DNA of 63,954 nucleotides, counting the filler, from Octopus bimaculoides (lineage: Eukaryota): the NCBI RefSeq assembly GCF_001194135.2. It is 8 parts of 8 records of this genome, joined end to end, with 100 filler letters (N's around TTAATTAATTAA, not from the genome) between each part and the next. Parts side by side here need not be neighbours in the genome. Positions count along the whole stretch, not along the records: positions 13,411 to 20,668 come from NC_069007.1; positions 20,769 to 45,535 come from NC_068989.1; 6 more parts are not named here. One strand, written 5' to 3'. A program made the position numbers and the translations under genes. The notes under the pieces were generated by a model. That model saw only the letters and a list, made by a program, of their open reading frames with translations, made no database searches and was not told the DNA's origin. Shown piece after piece: positions 13,475 through 26,932 of this stretch; within the stretch, counting starts at the first letter, position 1; each line of letters begins with the position of its first letter.

Positions 13475-13950
13475 GGTGCAGGCGTGGTTGTGTGCTAGGA
13501 AACTTCCTTCCCAACCACATGGTTCCGTGTTCAGTCCCACTTCATGGCACCTTGGGCAAGTGTCTTCTACTATAGCTTCGGGCGGACCAAAGCCTTATGA
13601 CTAGATTTGGTAGACGGAAACTGAAAGGATCCCGTAGTATATGTGTGTATGTGCGTGGTGTGTATGTGTGTATATGTGTGGTGTGTATGTGTATGTGTGT
13701 GGTGTGTATGTGTGTATGTGTGTGTATTTATGCGTATGTGTGCGTGCTTTTTCCCCTGCCATCGTTTGACAACTGATGCTGGTGTGATTGTGTCCCTGTA
13801 ACGTAGCGGTTCGGTAAAGTGACCGATAGAATAAGTACTAGGCTTATAAAGATTAAGTCGTAGGGTCGGTTTTTTCTTTTCGATTAAAAACCCTTTAATG
13901 CGGTGCTCCAGCATGGCCGCAGTCAAATGACTGAAACGGGTAAAAGAATA
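13475..13950 (+). mobile_element. SINE family 1, full length
   Basis: Head, internal microsatellite and tail all present. Confidence 0.9.
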
Positions 13951-15087
13951 AACGAAAGAAACTTAAAATTTGCAGACATATAAAACAATCCCAGAAAAAT
14001 GCATAAAGAGATAGGAATCCAGCTGGGGAACACATACGCCATTGAAACCGGAAAACCTGGCCCATGACACTGGCTAGGGTTTAAAAAGGGCGCATTTTAT
14101 ATTTTCCCATTAGCAATTTGCATATTTCCTTAGCACATGCTCAACCAGAACACACACTCACTGAATTAAAATAAACAGGTGATAGACATTATATAAAAAC
14201 ATGCTTTCTATATTTGTAATGAAATTTTCCTAACCTGATACGAACGACATTTTATTACCAAAAACAGTTAATACTAAAGCGTTGTCTAATCGCGGAATGC
14301 TCTAAGGATATCAAAATTATAGATTCTTGCTCCATTCCTTAATTTGTTTTCTCATAACTATCGAAATAATAGGCAAATTATCGACAAAGTCCTACTTAAT
14401 GAATTATTAATGAAATACAAACGAACTTATCTTGATGAATGTTTTTTTTATTAATAATAACACAAGTTTCAAATTTTTAATCTGTGAACGTTGTTTTCTC
14501 AGGATCTTTTCGCCCCATCACTCCTTTTGGTTTACGAAATGTGTCTTTAATCTTTAAGCAAAGAAATGTGGGGCTCCCGCCTATTTGGCGCTCAACGCGG
14601 GGCAACTCGGCGCGGGTTGCATTATTTTAGTGGCGGTATATTCTCGGAATGTTTATAGTATGTTGTATAAGTATTTTGGTCTGTATAGTCTTGTGGGACT
14701 TTTCTTTCTCTCGTCAGATCGCATATTAGTTGAGTCCCTTCAGAATATTTTTAGTCTGAAAAAAAATATATATATCGTTAGGCAAATTTTATATATATCC
14801 TGGATGTGTGGTAAGAGTCTTGCCGCCTAATTACATCCTTCTGAGTCCAATCCAGCTGAATGACACCTCGAGCAAATGTATTCTAATATAGCCTCATGTC
14901 GACAAAAGCCTTGTAAGTGGGTTTGGTAGACAGAAACGGACCGAAGATCTTAGTGTGTGTGTGTGTGTATGTGTGTGTGATTGTATATATATATATAGAT
15001 ATATACATTTTTATAATATATTATAGAGCACTCAATATAAATTCAGTATATAATATTCTCTTTGAATATATTCAACTAAAGGTTATT

Positions 15088-15126
<39 letters not shown>

Positions 15127-15192
15127 NNNNNNNNNNCATACCTTATTGTGCATCTATACTCAAATAAATGGCAACATTCAAGATTATGTTAC

Positions 15193-15321
15193 CATTCAAA
15201 GCAAACACGAAGAATTCGGCGAGATGAACGTACACCGAGTCGTTTTCAAAGAAGATATCAGTCAGTACAAGAGGTTCATAAAACGGACCACGGGGTATTT
15301 CTTCGGCATCGGAAAAAAGAG
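15193..15321 (-). CDS. Orphan gene, candidate coding exon 2 (ALFSDAEEIPRG...FVFALN)
   Basis: Strong acceptor TTTTGTTTTCGGTCAATTTTCAG; 129 nt, phase 1-1, open; donor G|GTAACA. An alternative donor AAG|GTATG at 15142 lies just after an in-frame TAA. Confidence 0.55.
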
Positions 15322-15429
15322 CTGAAAATTGACCGAAAACAAAATTCAATGAATATAATTTTAAAAAATATGGGAAGCAAAAGCAAAGAAAACATGGAAA
15401 AAAAATTGTATATGTATATATATATGTGT

Positions 15430-15640
15430 GTGTGTTTGTGTGTCTGTTTTTGGCCACCCTCCCAAAATCGCTTGACAACCGATGCTGGTGTGTTTACGTC
15501 CCTGTAACTTAGCGGTTCGGCGTAAGAGGCCGATAGAATAAGTACTAGGCTCACAAAGAATAAGTCCTGGGGTCGATTAGCTCGACTAAAGGCGGTGATC
15601 CAGCATGGCCGCAGTCAAATGATTGATTCAAGTAAAAAGA
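15430..15640 (+). mobile_element. SINE family 1, 3' half
   Basis: Homologous to 13750-13950. Confidence 0.85.
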
Positions 15641-15705
15641 GTATATGTATACATACATACATACATACACACACGCATATATACATGAATATATGTATAT
15701 ATGTA

Positions 15706-15745
<40 letters not shown>

Positions 15746-16696
15746 CATATATATATACATGTGTTTGTGTGTGTGTGTGTGTGTGTGTCTGTGTGTGTGT
15801 GTGTATGTGTGTAATATCCAGGAATAACAAGCTCTAAGTTGCAAATGAAATCTCCTAAAGTTAATAATAAGCAATATCATAATTTTCCGTCAATAATTGA
15901 CAAATATAAGATTGACGAGTTATTGATGAGCGATAGAATCAACTTGCATGAAGTTATATATATGTGTATGTGTGAGTGGCTGGGGGAGGGGATGTATACA
16001 GACATGCCTGCTCCTATAGAGGACCACCACGATATGTAGAAAAATAAAGACGTGTGAGATTCAAATGGAAAGCTTGAGAGAACTTCTAAGGAGTCACTTA
16101 CTTCCGGTAAAAGGTCTTACGGCAAGGTGGGAGTCAACAGCAGCTGACTCTACTGAGGAAGAGTCTGAAACATGAGAAACCCAGAATTATGATCAATACA
16201 ACTTCAGTTTGATGGTATATATATGTGTGAGTGCGCGCGTGTGTGTGTGTGTGTGTGTGTGTTTGTGTGTGTGTGCTTGAAAATCTGAATATATCTACAT
16301 ATATTTATACATATGTGTGTAAGAGACTGAGTATGTGTGTATATGTTTGTTATTACATGCATTTGTGTATAGAAACAGGCAAGTGTCAATGTTAAAATAA
16401 TTTGGTGTATGAATTAAAAAAATTAGGACGATGTTTATCGTAACTAACCTTCAGTATATTTTGGGTCAAACATTCCTGAACTATGCACAGTAGCTGTTGC
16501 AGGGAACATGTCTGAAAAGGAAAAACATAGTTGTTAACCTGCCAATACATATACATATACATACATACATAAAGGCTGATTAGAAGACTACAGATTCAAG
16601 CTATCAATGGAACTGTAAAGATATGTAAAACTTTCCCAAAATTATATATATACACACGTATATATACATATATATATATATATACACACACGTTTG

Positions 16697-16734
<38 letters not shown>

Positions 16735-17154
16735 NNNNNNNNNNNNNNNNNNNNNNNNNNNNNNNNNNNNNNNNNNNNNNNNNNNNNNNNNNNNNNNNNN
16801 NNNNNNNNNNNNNNNNNNNNNNNNNNNNNNNNNNNNNNNNNNNNNNNNNNNNNNNNNNNNNNNNNNNNNNNNNNNNNNNNNNNNNNNNNNNNNNNNNNNN
16901 NNNNNNNNNNNNNNNNNNNNNNNNNNNNNNNNNNNNNNNNNNNNNNNNNNNNNNNNNNNNNNNNNNNNNNNNNNNNNNNNNNNNNNNNNNNNNNNNNNNN
17001 NNNNNNNNNNNNNNNNNNNNNNNNNNNNNNNNNNNNNNNNNNNNNNNNNNNNNNNNNNNNNNNNNNNNNGTCCTGTACCCTGATATGCATGTATATACAC
17101 ATGTAGATGTAAGTATGTACATATATGTGTGTATACATGTATATATATTCTTTG

Positions 17155-17203
<49 letters not shown>

Positions 17204-17289
17204 TATGCATAGATAGACAGATAGATGTGTGTGTGTTTCAATGTGGCAATCAGATAAGATGCGAATTTATATACGGTGAGGTTATTTAC

Positions 17290-18184
17290 AAAGACATTAG
17301 AAAAGAGATTGGTGACAACACAACTCACCATGGAAAGATGTTTGGCCACGTCCGTCGGAGGAATCGTCAGAGCGATCTGAAAAGAAAATGGAACAAATGC
17401 ATAACTGCAAACCTTTACACCGTTTTGTACATGTGTACACATTGATCCACCTGCACACACAAGCACATTCACACACACACAAACGCACACACACAGACAT
17501 ACGCACACATTGTAGCAAGAATTTGCTGGCGAGATCCAGGCTAAGATTGACAATGATCCTTCCAGGTCTACGTGATCTATCGCAAGGAACATGGAACTGT
17601 CTCTGTTTCTTATCAGGTAGGTAGAGCATGGAGACGTTCGCTATTCCTCATACAAGATGACAAAAGGCCCAATCTTTATCCCAAGCCATTAACAGCAAGA
17701 GAAAAGACCGCGCTAAGAACCTGTTGAACAAACTCAAGCCTTCCCTCCCACCGAACATGCTTTGGTCATTCTCAGACGAGAAAAATTTCTGCCAAGGTCA
17801 GATGGTGAACACACCGAACAAACGTTGGCTTGCCGTGTCCCCAGAACATGTATCGACCGTCATAAAATCATACATCCAGTCAACATCATGGGGTTTCGAG
17901 TGATCACCATTGATGGCGATGCTATGCATCCATTTATCTCCCCACACAGCCTCAGAATCAACACGGAGGCCTACAATTGCCTGGAGGAGGTAGTGTTGCC
18001 CTGGACCAAGAGGGTAGTTGCTGTAAGACCCTTAGTTGAAGCCAATGGTGTTTTTATTGAATAAATTCACTCCTTAGTATTTCAAGATATTTTTCTGTAG
18101 TTTAAGTAAATATATCTCTTAAAATGAGATGTCAGTGTTATTTTCATTTTTGCGCAATTTAGGTAATTGATTCACCGCACCCTA
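17290..18184 (+). mobile_element. Tc1/mariner-superfamily DNA transposon remnant
   Basis: Frameshifted transposase: RAKNLLNKLK...WSFSDEKNFCQGQMVN...HPVNIM...RINTEAYNCLEEVVLPW; 3' end ...CACCGCACCC followed by a TA run. Confidence 0.85.
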
Positions 18185-18241
<57 letters not shown>

Positions 18242-18788
18242 TAAGTGTCTATAAATATGTTTATAAACATAAGTATATATATGTATACGTATGTATACAT
18301 ATGTATATAATTAGATACTGTGTTTGTGTGTGTGTCTGTGCGTATAATACAAACATGATGCGGATTTGCGGCCCCAAACGGGTAAGGGGATTATAATGAA
18401 AAATAAGAAAAGTTATTCTTAGATTCTTACATCTTATATATGTTTCATCAGATAATTCAGAATGCTCGGAAACTGCATCTGTTGAAGAGAAAGTAACAAC
18501 AATTTAATAGGCATATATACATACATATATACATACATACATACATACATATATAAATACATACATATATACAGACAAACATACATATATACATACATTC
18601 ATTGATACATATATAATTCAAGCAAAAACATATGCGTACATACATAAATACATACACGCGTATATTTCTCACGCTCTTTTCATCTGTGCGTGTGTCCATC
18701 TATGCATTTATGCGTACATATAAACAGATATGCATATATAGATATATCACACATGCACACACAATTACGCGCGCGTACACTCCCTCAC

Positions 18789-18881
<93 letters not shown>

Positions 18882-19186
18882 CACACACACACAGATACGA
18901 GTGATTGGACTAAAGAAAGAACATGCCATTTAAAAAGATTTCCTTGAAGTTAGAAATATAATTTAATAAAAGCTTCAATGACACTCATAAGGTTTAAAAC
19001 TCCGTAGGGTCCTAAGCGGAACCTATCTGGAAGGGTAACTAAAGAAGCATAAAGAGATGTGAGACAAATTGAAGTTGGCTACTAAATGGAAGGCCTCCAT
19101 TGGGCAATTCAGGTCACGTGGTGCTTTTGCTCTTATATCTAGTAGCCATCTTGAATTCTTATTTAAATACATATGTATGAACGTGT

Positions 19187-19217
<31 letters not shown>

Positions 19218-19331
19218 AATAATTTTGCTAAATGCCGATAGAGTTAGATAGATATGTGCAAAGTGAATATAGAACTATCTAAAGTGAGCATGTGTTACAT
19301 AAAGTTTGAAAATGTTTTCATCTGAACTCAC

Positions 19332-19530
19332 CCTCTATATCTGTGGTAGCACATCGATTCAGGTTGGTTTCCTCTGATGTGGCTGTCATCGAGGAAATCT
19401 CTATGTCGTTATCTGGTGCATTTTCATCTGTTTTTGGTTTCTTTAAACACGGGTATATAGCTTCGATTATTCGCTTGGCCCCTGCACGCAGACGTGCGAG
19501 GAAGCATTGGTCGTTAACGTTAGCTGTCAT
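19332..19530 (-). CDS. Orphan gene, candidate first coding exon (MTANVNDQCF...TTDIE)
   Basis: AAAATG start context, 66 open codons plus 1 nt, donor G|GTGAGT; phase matches the 15321 acceptor. Confidence 0.55.
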
Positions 19531-20999
19531 TTTCCAATAAATAAAAATAATTAGTAAATATATTAACGCAAATGGATAAATTGCAAGACAAACCTACAAA
19601 ACGTTATCGTCAAACAAGCTGCATAAATCGCAATGGAGTATTGTAAACAGATTTTATTCGTTTGTTTCAATTGGTTATTATGATGTCATATTGGTATTCA
19701 GTTGTACAAAGGATTACGTGATAATTGAAACTGTTTATTAAGGCGTCCAAGTGGCCGAATTGTTAATGCATTGGACAAAATACAAACCACCATTTCTTCC
19801 GACTCATTATTCTGTGCGTTCAAATCCTACTAATATCAGCTTCACATTTAACCCTTTTTTGCCTTTGATAAAGCAATTTAGGAAACAAGCTCTGGAGATG
19901 ATGTGATTAATCTCTGTTCTCTAATCTTTTGCTAAAATCATTTAGAGATTCTAACACCTGAATCATATTGGAAACCTTGGAAGTGTGCATTGACACCTCA
20001 GCAAATACACTACCTCAACTACATATTTATAAACACCAGGAACTCTCTAAATACAAAGAGTCTTGTCACTTTGTTAGCGATCGGCATGAACTCCCTTAAG
20101 AAATCTAAAAAATTCAATCATACATACATCCATACATACATATAACTATACCTGCATATTTGCTATCTCAAAGTAGACGTATTGCACTTAGTTTCTTAAA
20201 ATAAATAGATATCTGTCCACTCTACTCAACGTATGAGGAGTAAAAAACGGTTAACTAAAATATATTTTGATATATTTTACTATTCTTACATAGCTACATG
20301 TAAGGTGTTCTATCTGGACTGAAGAAGACCATCAGTGGTCATTGCCTATGCGAAATGTCAGCAATGCCTGTGCATGATGTTACTGAATCTGCTGTCGGCT
20401 TCATCTGGGTTCGATCTCGCATCTTCCGCTCTCGCCGCGATACCATCCTGCTTGACTGTATATATATATATATATGTATATACATATATAATATATATAT
20501 ACATGTACATACATATATACATACATATACATATATATATATATATATACATGTACATACATATATAATATATATGCATTTACATACATATATATGCATA
20601 TATATGTATATATATATGTATGTACGCATACATATATATACACATATATATATATATATATATATATANNNNNNNNNNNNNNNNNNNNNNNNNNNNNNNN
20701 NNNNNNNNNNNNTTAATTAATTAANNNNNNNNNNNNNNNNNNNNNNNNNNNNNNNNNNNNNNNNNNNNCAATGTGCACCTTTTTTAAAATTTATTTACGT
20801 TGTTTAGAAAATAAAAATTATTTTGTTCACAAAATTTAATTAAAAGAAAAAAAATGTATGAAGTTAACAAAAACAGATAGTGTGTTATTTTTATTCCTTC
20901 TACCTATCTACGTTGTTTAGAAAAGAAAAAAGTAATTTTAAAAAAATTATTTACTTTGTTTAAAAGAAATTATTTACTAATTTGCATACGCGCGCACGC

Positions 21000-21125
21000 G
21001 CACACATGTATTCATTTGCGCGCGCGCTTTTCGTAGGATCGACCACTCACGACTAGCTAGCGCGGACGCGCGACAGCGCGACTGCGCGTTCGGGTTCGCT
21101 CTGCTTGAGTAGTACCGCCAAAAGG
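21000..21125 (+). promoter_or_regulatory. CpG/CGCG-rich island ending in AAAG|GTAGTT donor; candidate promoter / non-coding first exon
   Basis: A conspicuous CGCG-dense stretch in an AT-rich region; lies between a - strand gene start and the downstream + strand SGF29 exons. Confidence 0.35.
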
Positions 21126-21215
21126 TAGTTCCATTGATTCGGAAATAGGGCATCGTTATCGCCACACATACATATACACACACACATATATATACACACA
21201 CACACACACACATTC

Positions 21216-22475
21216 TTATTCTAGCAGCTACACTTTCAGCGCACCTACCCCACTACTAACTTGGTCACCTAGATAGCGGAAGCTATCAACTACGTCTAGT
21301 TTTTCTCCCTGGAATGTGGCAGAAGTTGTTTTCTGCACATTTTCAGTGTTTATAGCTCCTGAACATCTGCTACATACAAAAACTAACTTCCTAGTTAACC
21401 TTCCTTTGATATTGCTGCACCTCTTATGTGTCCATTGCTTGCACTGGGTGCATCTTATAGAGTTCCTACCCACGCCTTTTTTACAGATCGAGCTGAAGGG
21501 GTTTGTGTTTTATCTACCTTCCTACTTATTAGGACTTAGGTTTTGGCTAGGTTCACCCTAAGGCCCTTCGATTCTAGTCCTTGCTTCCACACCTGAAACT
21601 TCTCCTCTAGTTCTGATAGTGACTCAGCAATTAGTGCAAGGTCATCAGCATAGAGCAACTCCCAGGGGCATCCTGTCTTGAATTCCTCTGTTATAGCCTG
21701 GAGGACTATGATAAATAGGAGGGGGCTGAGANNNNNNNNNNAGGCCCGAACCCAAACTGCATCTCATCTAAACTGACTCTCTCCCTAATTAGTTGGGCTA
21801 TGACCCTCTCCGTGACTTTCATTACCTGATCTAAAAGCTTGATACCTCTGTAATTATTTGTATCTAAAGCGTCACCTTTACCTTTGTAGCAGTTGACTAT
21901 GGTGCTACTACACCAGTTATTATGTATGACTCCTTCGTGTATCACCTGGTTAACAATACGGGTGACTAGGCTATAGCCGACACTGCCAGATATTTTGAGC
22001 ATCTCTGCAGTGATTCCAGATGGGCCGGGGGCCTTCTCTGTCTTCATACTCTTAATTGCTTTATCTACCATGTTACTGTCAACTCGGATAGCTGGTCCCT
22101 CTGTTGGCTCGACATTCGGCAGACACTCTTTCTCCCATTCATTCTCTTTATTGGGCAATCTTTCGTAGTGGCGTCTCCAAACCTCTTTCTTTGCGGCCTC
22201 ATTTAGTGCAAGTGTACCATCATCCATGCGAACACATTTCTCTCCCACGACATTACGATTCTCTCTCACACACTGTCTTGCAACACAAAATACCTCAAAT
22301 CTTTGGTCTTCACGGCGCAGAGCATTGGCACACTTTTTCTTATCTGCTTCCCCTCTGGCTAAATAAACTTGTCGCCTAACTTCCCTTCTGGCAGTCTGAT
22401 ACAATTCCCTGCTGCCACTGTTCTTCCAGTCTTTCCAAGCATGTTTCTTTTGTCTAATAGCCCTGTCAACAGCAT
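21216..22475 (-). mobile_element. RTE-clade LINE fragment (RT and C-terminal Cys-rich region, internally collapsed at a gap)
   Basis: KAPGPSGITAEML, NYRGIKLLDQVMK, QFGF, LYADDLALI, CTQCKQWTHKRC, FRYLGD. Confidence 0.95.
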
Positions 22476-22579
22476 TGTTCCACCACCACGTTATTTTCGG
22501 TCGAGAGGGGACCTTGCACCATCGTTATTTTCGGTCGAGAGGGGACCTGTTCACCTTAATAATCTACACACCTAACAAA

Positions 22580-22795
22580 TATTGGTTCCAAATTTTGGCA
22601 CAAGGCCAGCAGTTTTGGGGGAGGGGCAATTCAATTATATTGACCTCAGCGCTCAATCAGTACTTATTTTATCAACCCTGAAAGGATGAAAGTCAAAGTT
22701 GATCTACGCAGAGTTTGAACTCAGAACAGAAAGCCAAATGAAATGCCACTAAACATTTTGCCCAGTTCAGTAACAATTTTGTCAGCTTGCTGCCT
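22580..22795 (-). mobile_element. SINE family 2
   Basis: Homologous to 30400-30625. Confidence 0.85.
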
Positions 22796-22947
22796 TATAC
22801 CAAACAAATATTAAGAGAAGGACATATTAGTATTCAACTGGTTAACTGAAAGTAGTTTGCAACTTCGGATTTAGATTCTTACAGAAAAAGTAGTGGTTAA
22901 CACTTGGTAGATAACAATCTCATGTTTTGTTTATATTCATCCCTCAG

Positions 22948-23036
22948 TATGTAGTGCTGTGACCAACTAATTTGCAGTGGAAAAACTAACAGCATTAGAA
23001 TTTGGGGGTGTCCTATAATACATTGAAAACTTAAAG
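22948..23036 (+). other. Candidate non-coding (5' UTR) exon
   Basis: TTCATCCCTCAG acceptor and AAG|GTAAGT donor; stops in all frames. Splice signals are the only evidence. Confidence 0.25.
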
Positions 23037-23955
23037 GTAAGTCTAGTGGAACCAATTCTTTCTCACCATGACAAACTAATTCATTGATTATACTGTCTCC
23101 ACATTATACACGGCTCAAAGCTGAATCTTACTATCATACAAATTTACAACTTAGTTAATGTGGTTAACAAGGGCAAAATTTTGAATATGAACCTAGTCCA
23201 AGTCAAATTTCTAGGCACAACTTTACAGTAATTCTATAGACACTCTTGAAAACTTTCTAACGTCTTATTAATTATTATCTCATCACAACACCATTGAGGA
23301 TTTGAAGTTAAATACAGGACACCATGGAGGATTTGAACTTACTTAAAAACAAATTAATTATTTATCATTTTTAATTGCTCATCAATTATTTATCAGTTAT
23401 ACTTGCAAATCAGTTGTTTATCGATTATAATTGTTTGTTGATCAGTTTAAGTGACTATATAAAATGTATGTTTCTGTTCTAACTGTGTGCAGCTAGGTGG
23501 CTTAGAGAGATGAGTTTAATGATTTTGAAACAGACACAGAATGACTCATGATTGTTAACTTGACTGGGGTTGAAATTTTTACTTACTCTTCTACTGATGT
23601 CAATATTAATTTTCTCCAGTAAAAATATATCACATCACCTTCATTAAGAAATTTGTCAAACAGAATAATTTTACATATGCAACTGTCTTGTATCAAATGA
23701 TAATCACTTGAATACTAATTGCTTGTAACCAATCTGAAATCACTCTTCCATGAAGGAATCTGATTGCTTCATTTTGCTTAAAGATGAAGCTACAGCCTTT
23801 GTTAAGCTATACATAAAAGTAACCACAAACATGAATGTGTTGAAGTGTTGTTTATTCTGTGTTAAGAGTGGGTGCAATTCACTATTCAAGCCTGGATCTC
23901 ATTTGTCACCTAACCAGAAGTCCCTTTTCTGCCTACCAGTTCAATAACTAGACTG

Positions 23956-26932
23956 CAGTAAAAGTCCTCGTCTACAGTTTGTCTCTTAAAAGTTCATGGG
24001 CAATGCCCTACATAGCTATCCATCAGAACTCTTGACTGTCATTAGAACTGATAAGGTGTTTTTACCACCCTATCCTTGCATATAGTTGTTACTTGGCTCT
24101 TTGGCAACTGTTTGTCATCAGGGGACAGTGTAACTTGCCTAGGACAATCTTTGTTTTGTGGTCAAGCTATTTGAATGGGGCTGTTTTCAATCTGTCAATG
24201 GAAACCATATCCTGTTGTCCTCCAATCAGTTGGAATGACTTGTCTCCTGGATAAATCACTTCAAATGGTCCATCACAAGGTAACTGAGAGGGTTTTCATC
24301 ATGCATCATGACAAACAGAAACTAACTTCACCTTGTGGAGGTTGTTTGGTGGCAGAGAATCTAGATGTACTGTGCATTGATATAGGAGTAGGGTATAATT
24401 GGTCCATGTTGTCTCTTAGTTGCTCGAGATATCTTTAGACATCAGGGTCTGACTTTGTGCTAGGAATAAATTACCCCAGCACTGTAAATGGGATACTCTC
24501 AGGCCTGTTAAGTCTGGTTGTGAGGGATTCCTTCAAGCAGCAGTGAAATCTCTCAACTAAACCATCGGATGTGTGTTTCCTTTTGACACCAAAATGTTTA
24601 CATGTCATTCCTCAGTTTTGAGGTGAACTGAGACCTACAGTTGGATGAGATACTGTCTGAGATACCAAAACAGGTGACCAGTTTATGACAGAGGCACAGG
24701 TGATTTCCTGTGTTTCTGTGTTGCGGAGAGGTATGGTCTCAGGCCAACAAATGAAATGATCCACAATAGTTAGTAGGTATGAGCAACCAAGCAAAGGTGG
24801 TAGGGTCCTTCGACGTCAATGCTGACATGGCCATAATGGGCTAGCAGGTGTTCATAGCTGCTGAGAGGTGTTTTAGTATGCTGATGGATTTTGAATTGTT
24901 GGCAGGGAACACAGGTTTTAGTCTACTTCCCAGTTTGCTTGGCCATACTGTGCTGGACGAATTTGCATGACATCAGGTGGTGTGTGGCTCTGGTACTCGA
25001 AAAAGTCCATGAATAACATCAAAAACTTTTTGGTGCTAGGCTAATGGGATAATTGGTTGTGGTTTTCCAGTGGATACATCACAAAGTAGGTTTGTTCAGT
25101 TGGAGCCAAAGGGCACAGCACACAAGAAAAGGGAATTGATGGCAGTGCAGTAGGCCCTGATGTCATCATCTGTTTGTTGAGCTGTAGTCATAACCTCATA
25201 GTCAAGACCTTCTGTTATTGAGGCTATGTAGGTGGAAGAGTATATAGGGGCTCTAGATAGTGCATTTTCCAGATATGTGCTGAATATCTGTAGTGTACTC
25301 AGAAATGGCCGATAACTGTCACTGTTGACATGCAGACCATAGCTCCAATAGCTCGCTCATAGTGAAGTTGAGTGGTTTGTGGGACACTGTGAAAGTATGA
25401 CCTTCCAAAAAATAGTGAAAATGGACACCTAGATGGGCGACTCATAGTTCCTTTGCCAAAGCATTATATTTCTGTTCAGGTGGTTATAGTTGTTGACTGA
25501 AGAACATTAGAGGTCACCAATGGCCATTGATGCATTGTTTCAAAACATCTTCAATGACTGTCAGATACATCCACTGTGAATGCAGTTGATGCTGACATAC
25601 GAGGGTGGGAAAGTATGGTTGCTTAAGTAAGAGCTTCTTTCGTGGATTTGGAAATTGAGGTCATTGCACTGTCTAACTCAACCTGTTTCTTTTTAATCTT
25701 TTCTTGATAACGCCTTGTATAGGGGTCTCATCAGTCTTGCTGCAGAGGGGATGAAACAATGATAAAAGTTTACCATACCTACAAATTGATGCAGAGCCAC
25801 TTGGCAGGGTTGACTACCAAACTGTTTTGTTCCAGTCTATAGAAAAGGGACACTAGGTGTTCCTTGTGTAGTTCTGCATTTTGGCTTGCAATAAAACTGT
25901 CATCTAGGTATGTAAAAACATGGTCTCCATCAAGCATTGAAAGGATTGTGCTGTATTTTTTAGGCTGAAAGCTGTACATAGTAACTCATACAGCCCAAAA
26001 AGAGTGACAGCGGTAGATATTTGGTGGTAACCTTGGATGATGTTAATTTTTGATAAAACTGAGCACCTGGCTAACTGGACTGAGAAGTCTTGTATCTGTG
26101 GAATGGGGTAGTGTTTGTGTTGAGACAGTAATAATCTCCACAAGGTTGCAAACCTCTGTTAGGTTTTGGTGTCACATGTGGAAGTGATGATCAGGGACTG
26201 CTTGATTGGTGAACAATACCTAAAGCTTTCATGTTGTTGAACTTGGTCCTCACAATAGCAAGTTTGTCCAGTGGTAGATGACACATGTGACTGTGTACTG
26301 GATGGCAAGTAGTTGGGATGTGGTGTTTCACTCCATAGTGAGTAGTGGGTTTGGAGAATGTCAGGGTAGTGAGATTCAGGCAGTTCACAAGACAGTCCAA
26401 AAACTCATTCTTGGTCTGAGAGATGGCTGCTATGTGAGGGGCAGCATGTGCAGATATTGCCAGAGTAACAGAGGTATAGGTGTTGCTGTTGCTGAGTCAT
26501 CTTCCCTGAAGATCGATCAGCTGTGAGTGGGCTTGAAAAATGTCTGCTTCAATAATAGGCTGATGGACATCAGCAATGGTGAATGCCCATGTATATGCAT
26601 GTGAGCCAATGTGAAGGGAGAGAATGTAACATCCGTACACTTTGATTGTAGAACCATTGGCAGCTGCTAAAAGTTGGCCTCACTTTTAGTCCCTTGCAGA
26701 TGCTGGGATAATGCTGACTTCTGCTCCTGTGTCCAACCATGGACATACAGGAACAGTTCATCAATCACCATAGTGTTTAACAGTGGCTAGCCCTAGAGTA
26801 TCCCAGGGCAGATAACAAAGAGCTCTTGAAGTTGCATGGTTGTTTACACTTGGTAGTTCTTGCTCTGAATTTCTACAGTAAAGGTCCTCGTCTACAGTTT
26901 GTCTCCAACAAGTTCACTGGCAATGTACTACA
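23956..26932 (-). mobile_element. Gypsy LTR retrotransposon A (decayed, gag missing)
   Basis: Protease (DTGAEVS-like, frameshifted), RT (YPIPQIQDF, GYHQI, YLDD), RNase H and integrase (LTIVDHFICWPETIPL) fragments; 57-bp direct repeats 23956-24012 and 26876-26932 (49/57), each starting TGTAG on the - strand. Confidence 0.9.

Noticed and set aside
14229-14295. Possible 67-nt - strand exon between orphan exons 2 and 3
   Set aside because: Phase-1 entry hits a stop; incompatible with the model.
15137-15325. + strand frame ending KR-TTGYFFGI-G-KKS*, resembling an amidated neuropeptide precursor
   Set aside because: No visible acceptor, start or signal peptide; it is the antisense of a better-supported - strand exon. 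The adjacent gap leaves slight doubt.
16150-16175. CTGAGGA-AGAGTCT-GAAAC hammerhead-like string
   Set aside because: No valid cleavage triplet or stem I.
21052-21112. LASADAR resembling the human SGF29 start LVSADSR
   Set aside because: No upstream ATG, the rest does not match, and the frame ends in TAG.
23493-23540. LREMSLMILKQTQ resembling the SGF29 N-terminal ELHQLIKQTQ
   Set aside because: No GT donor after the final CAG and no suitable ATG; probably chance.
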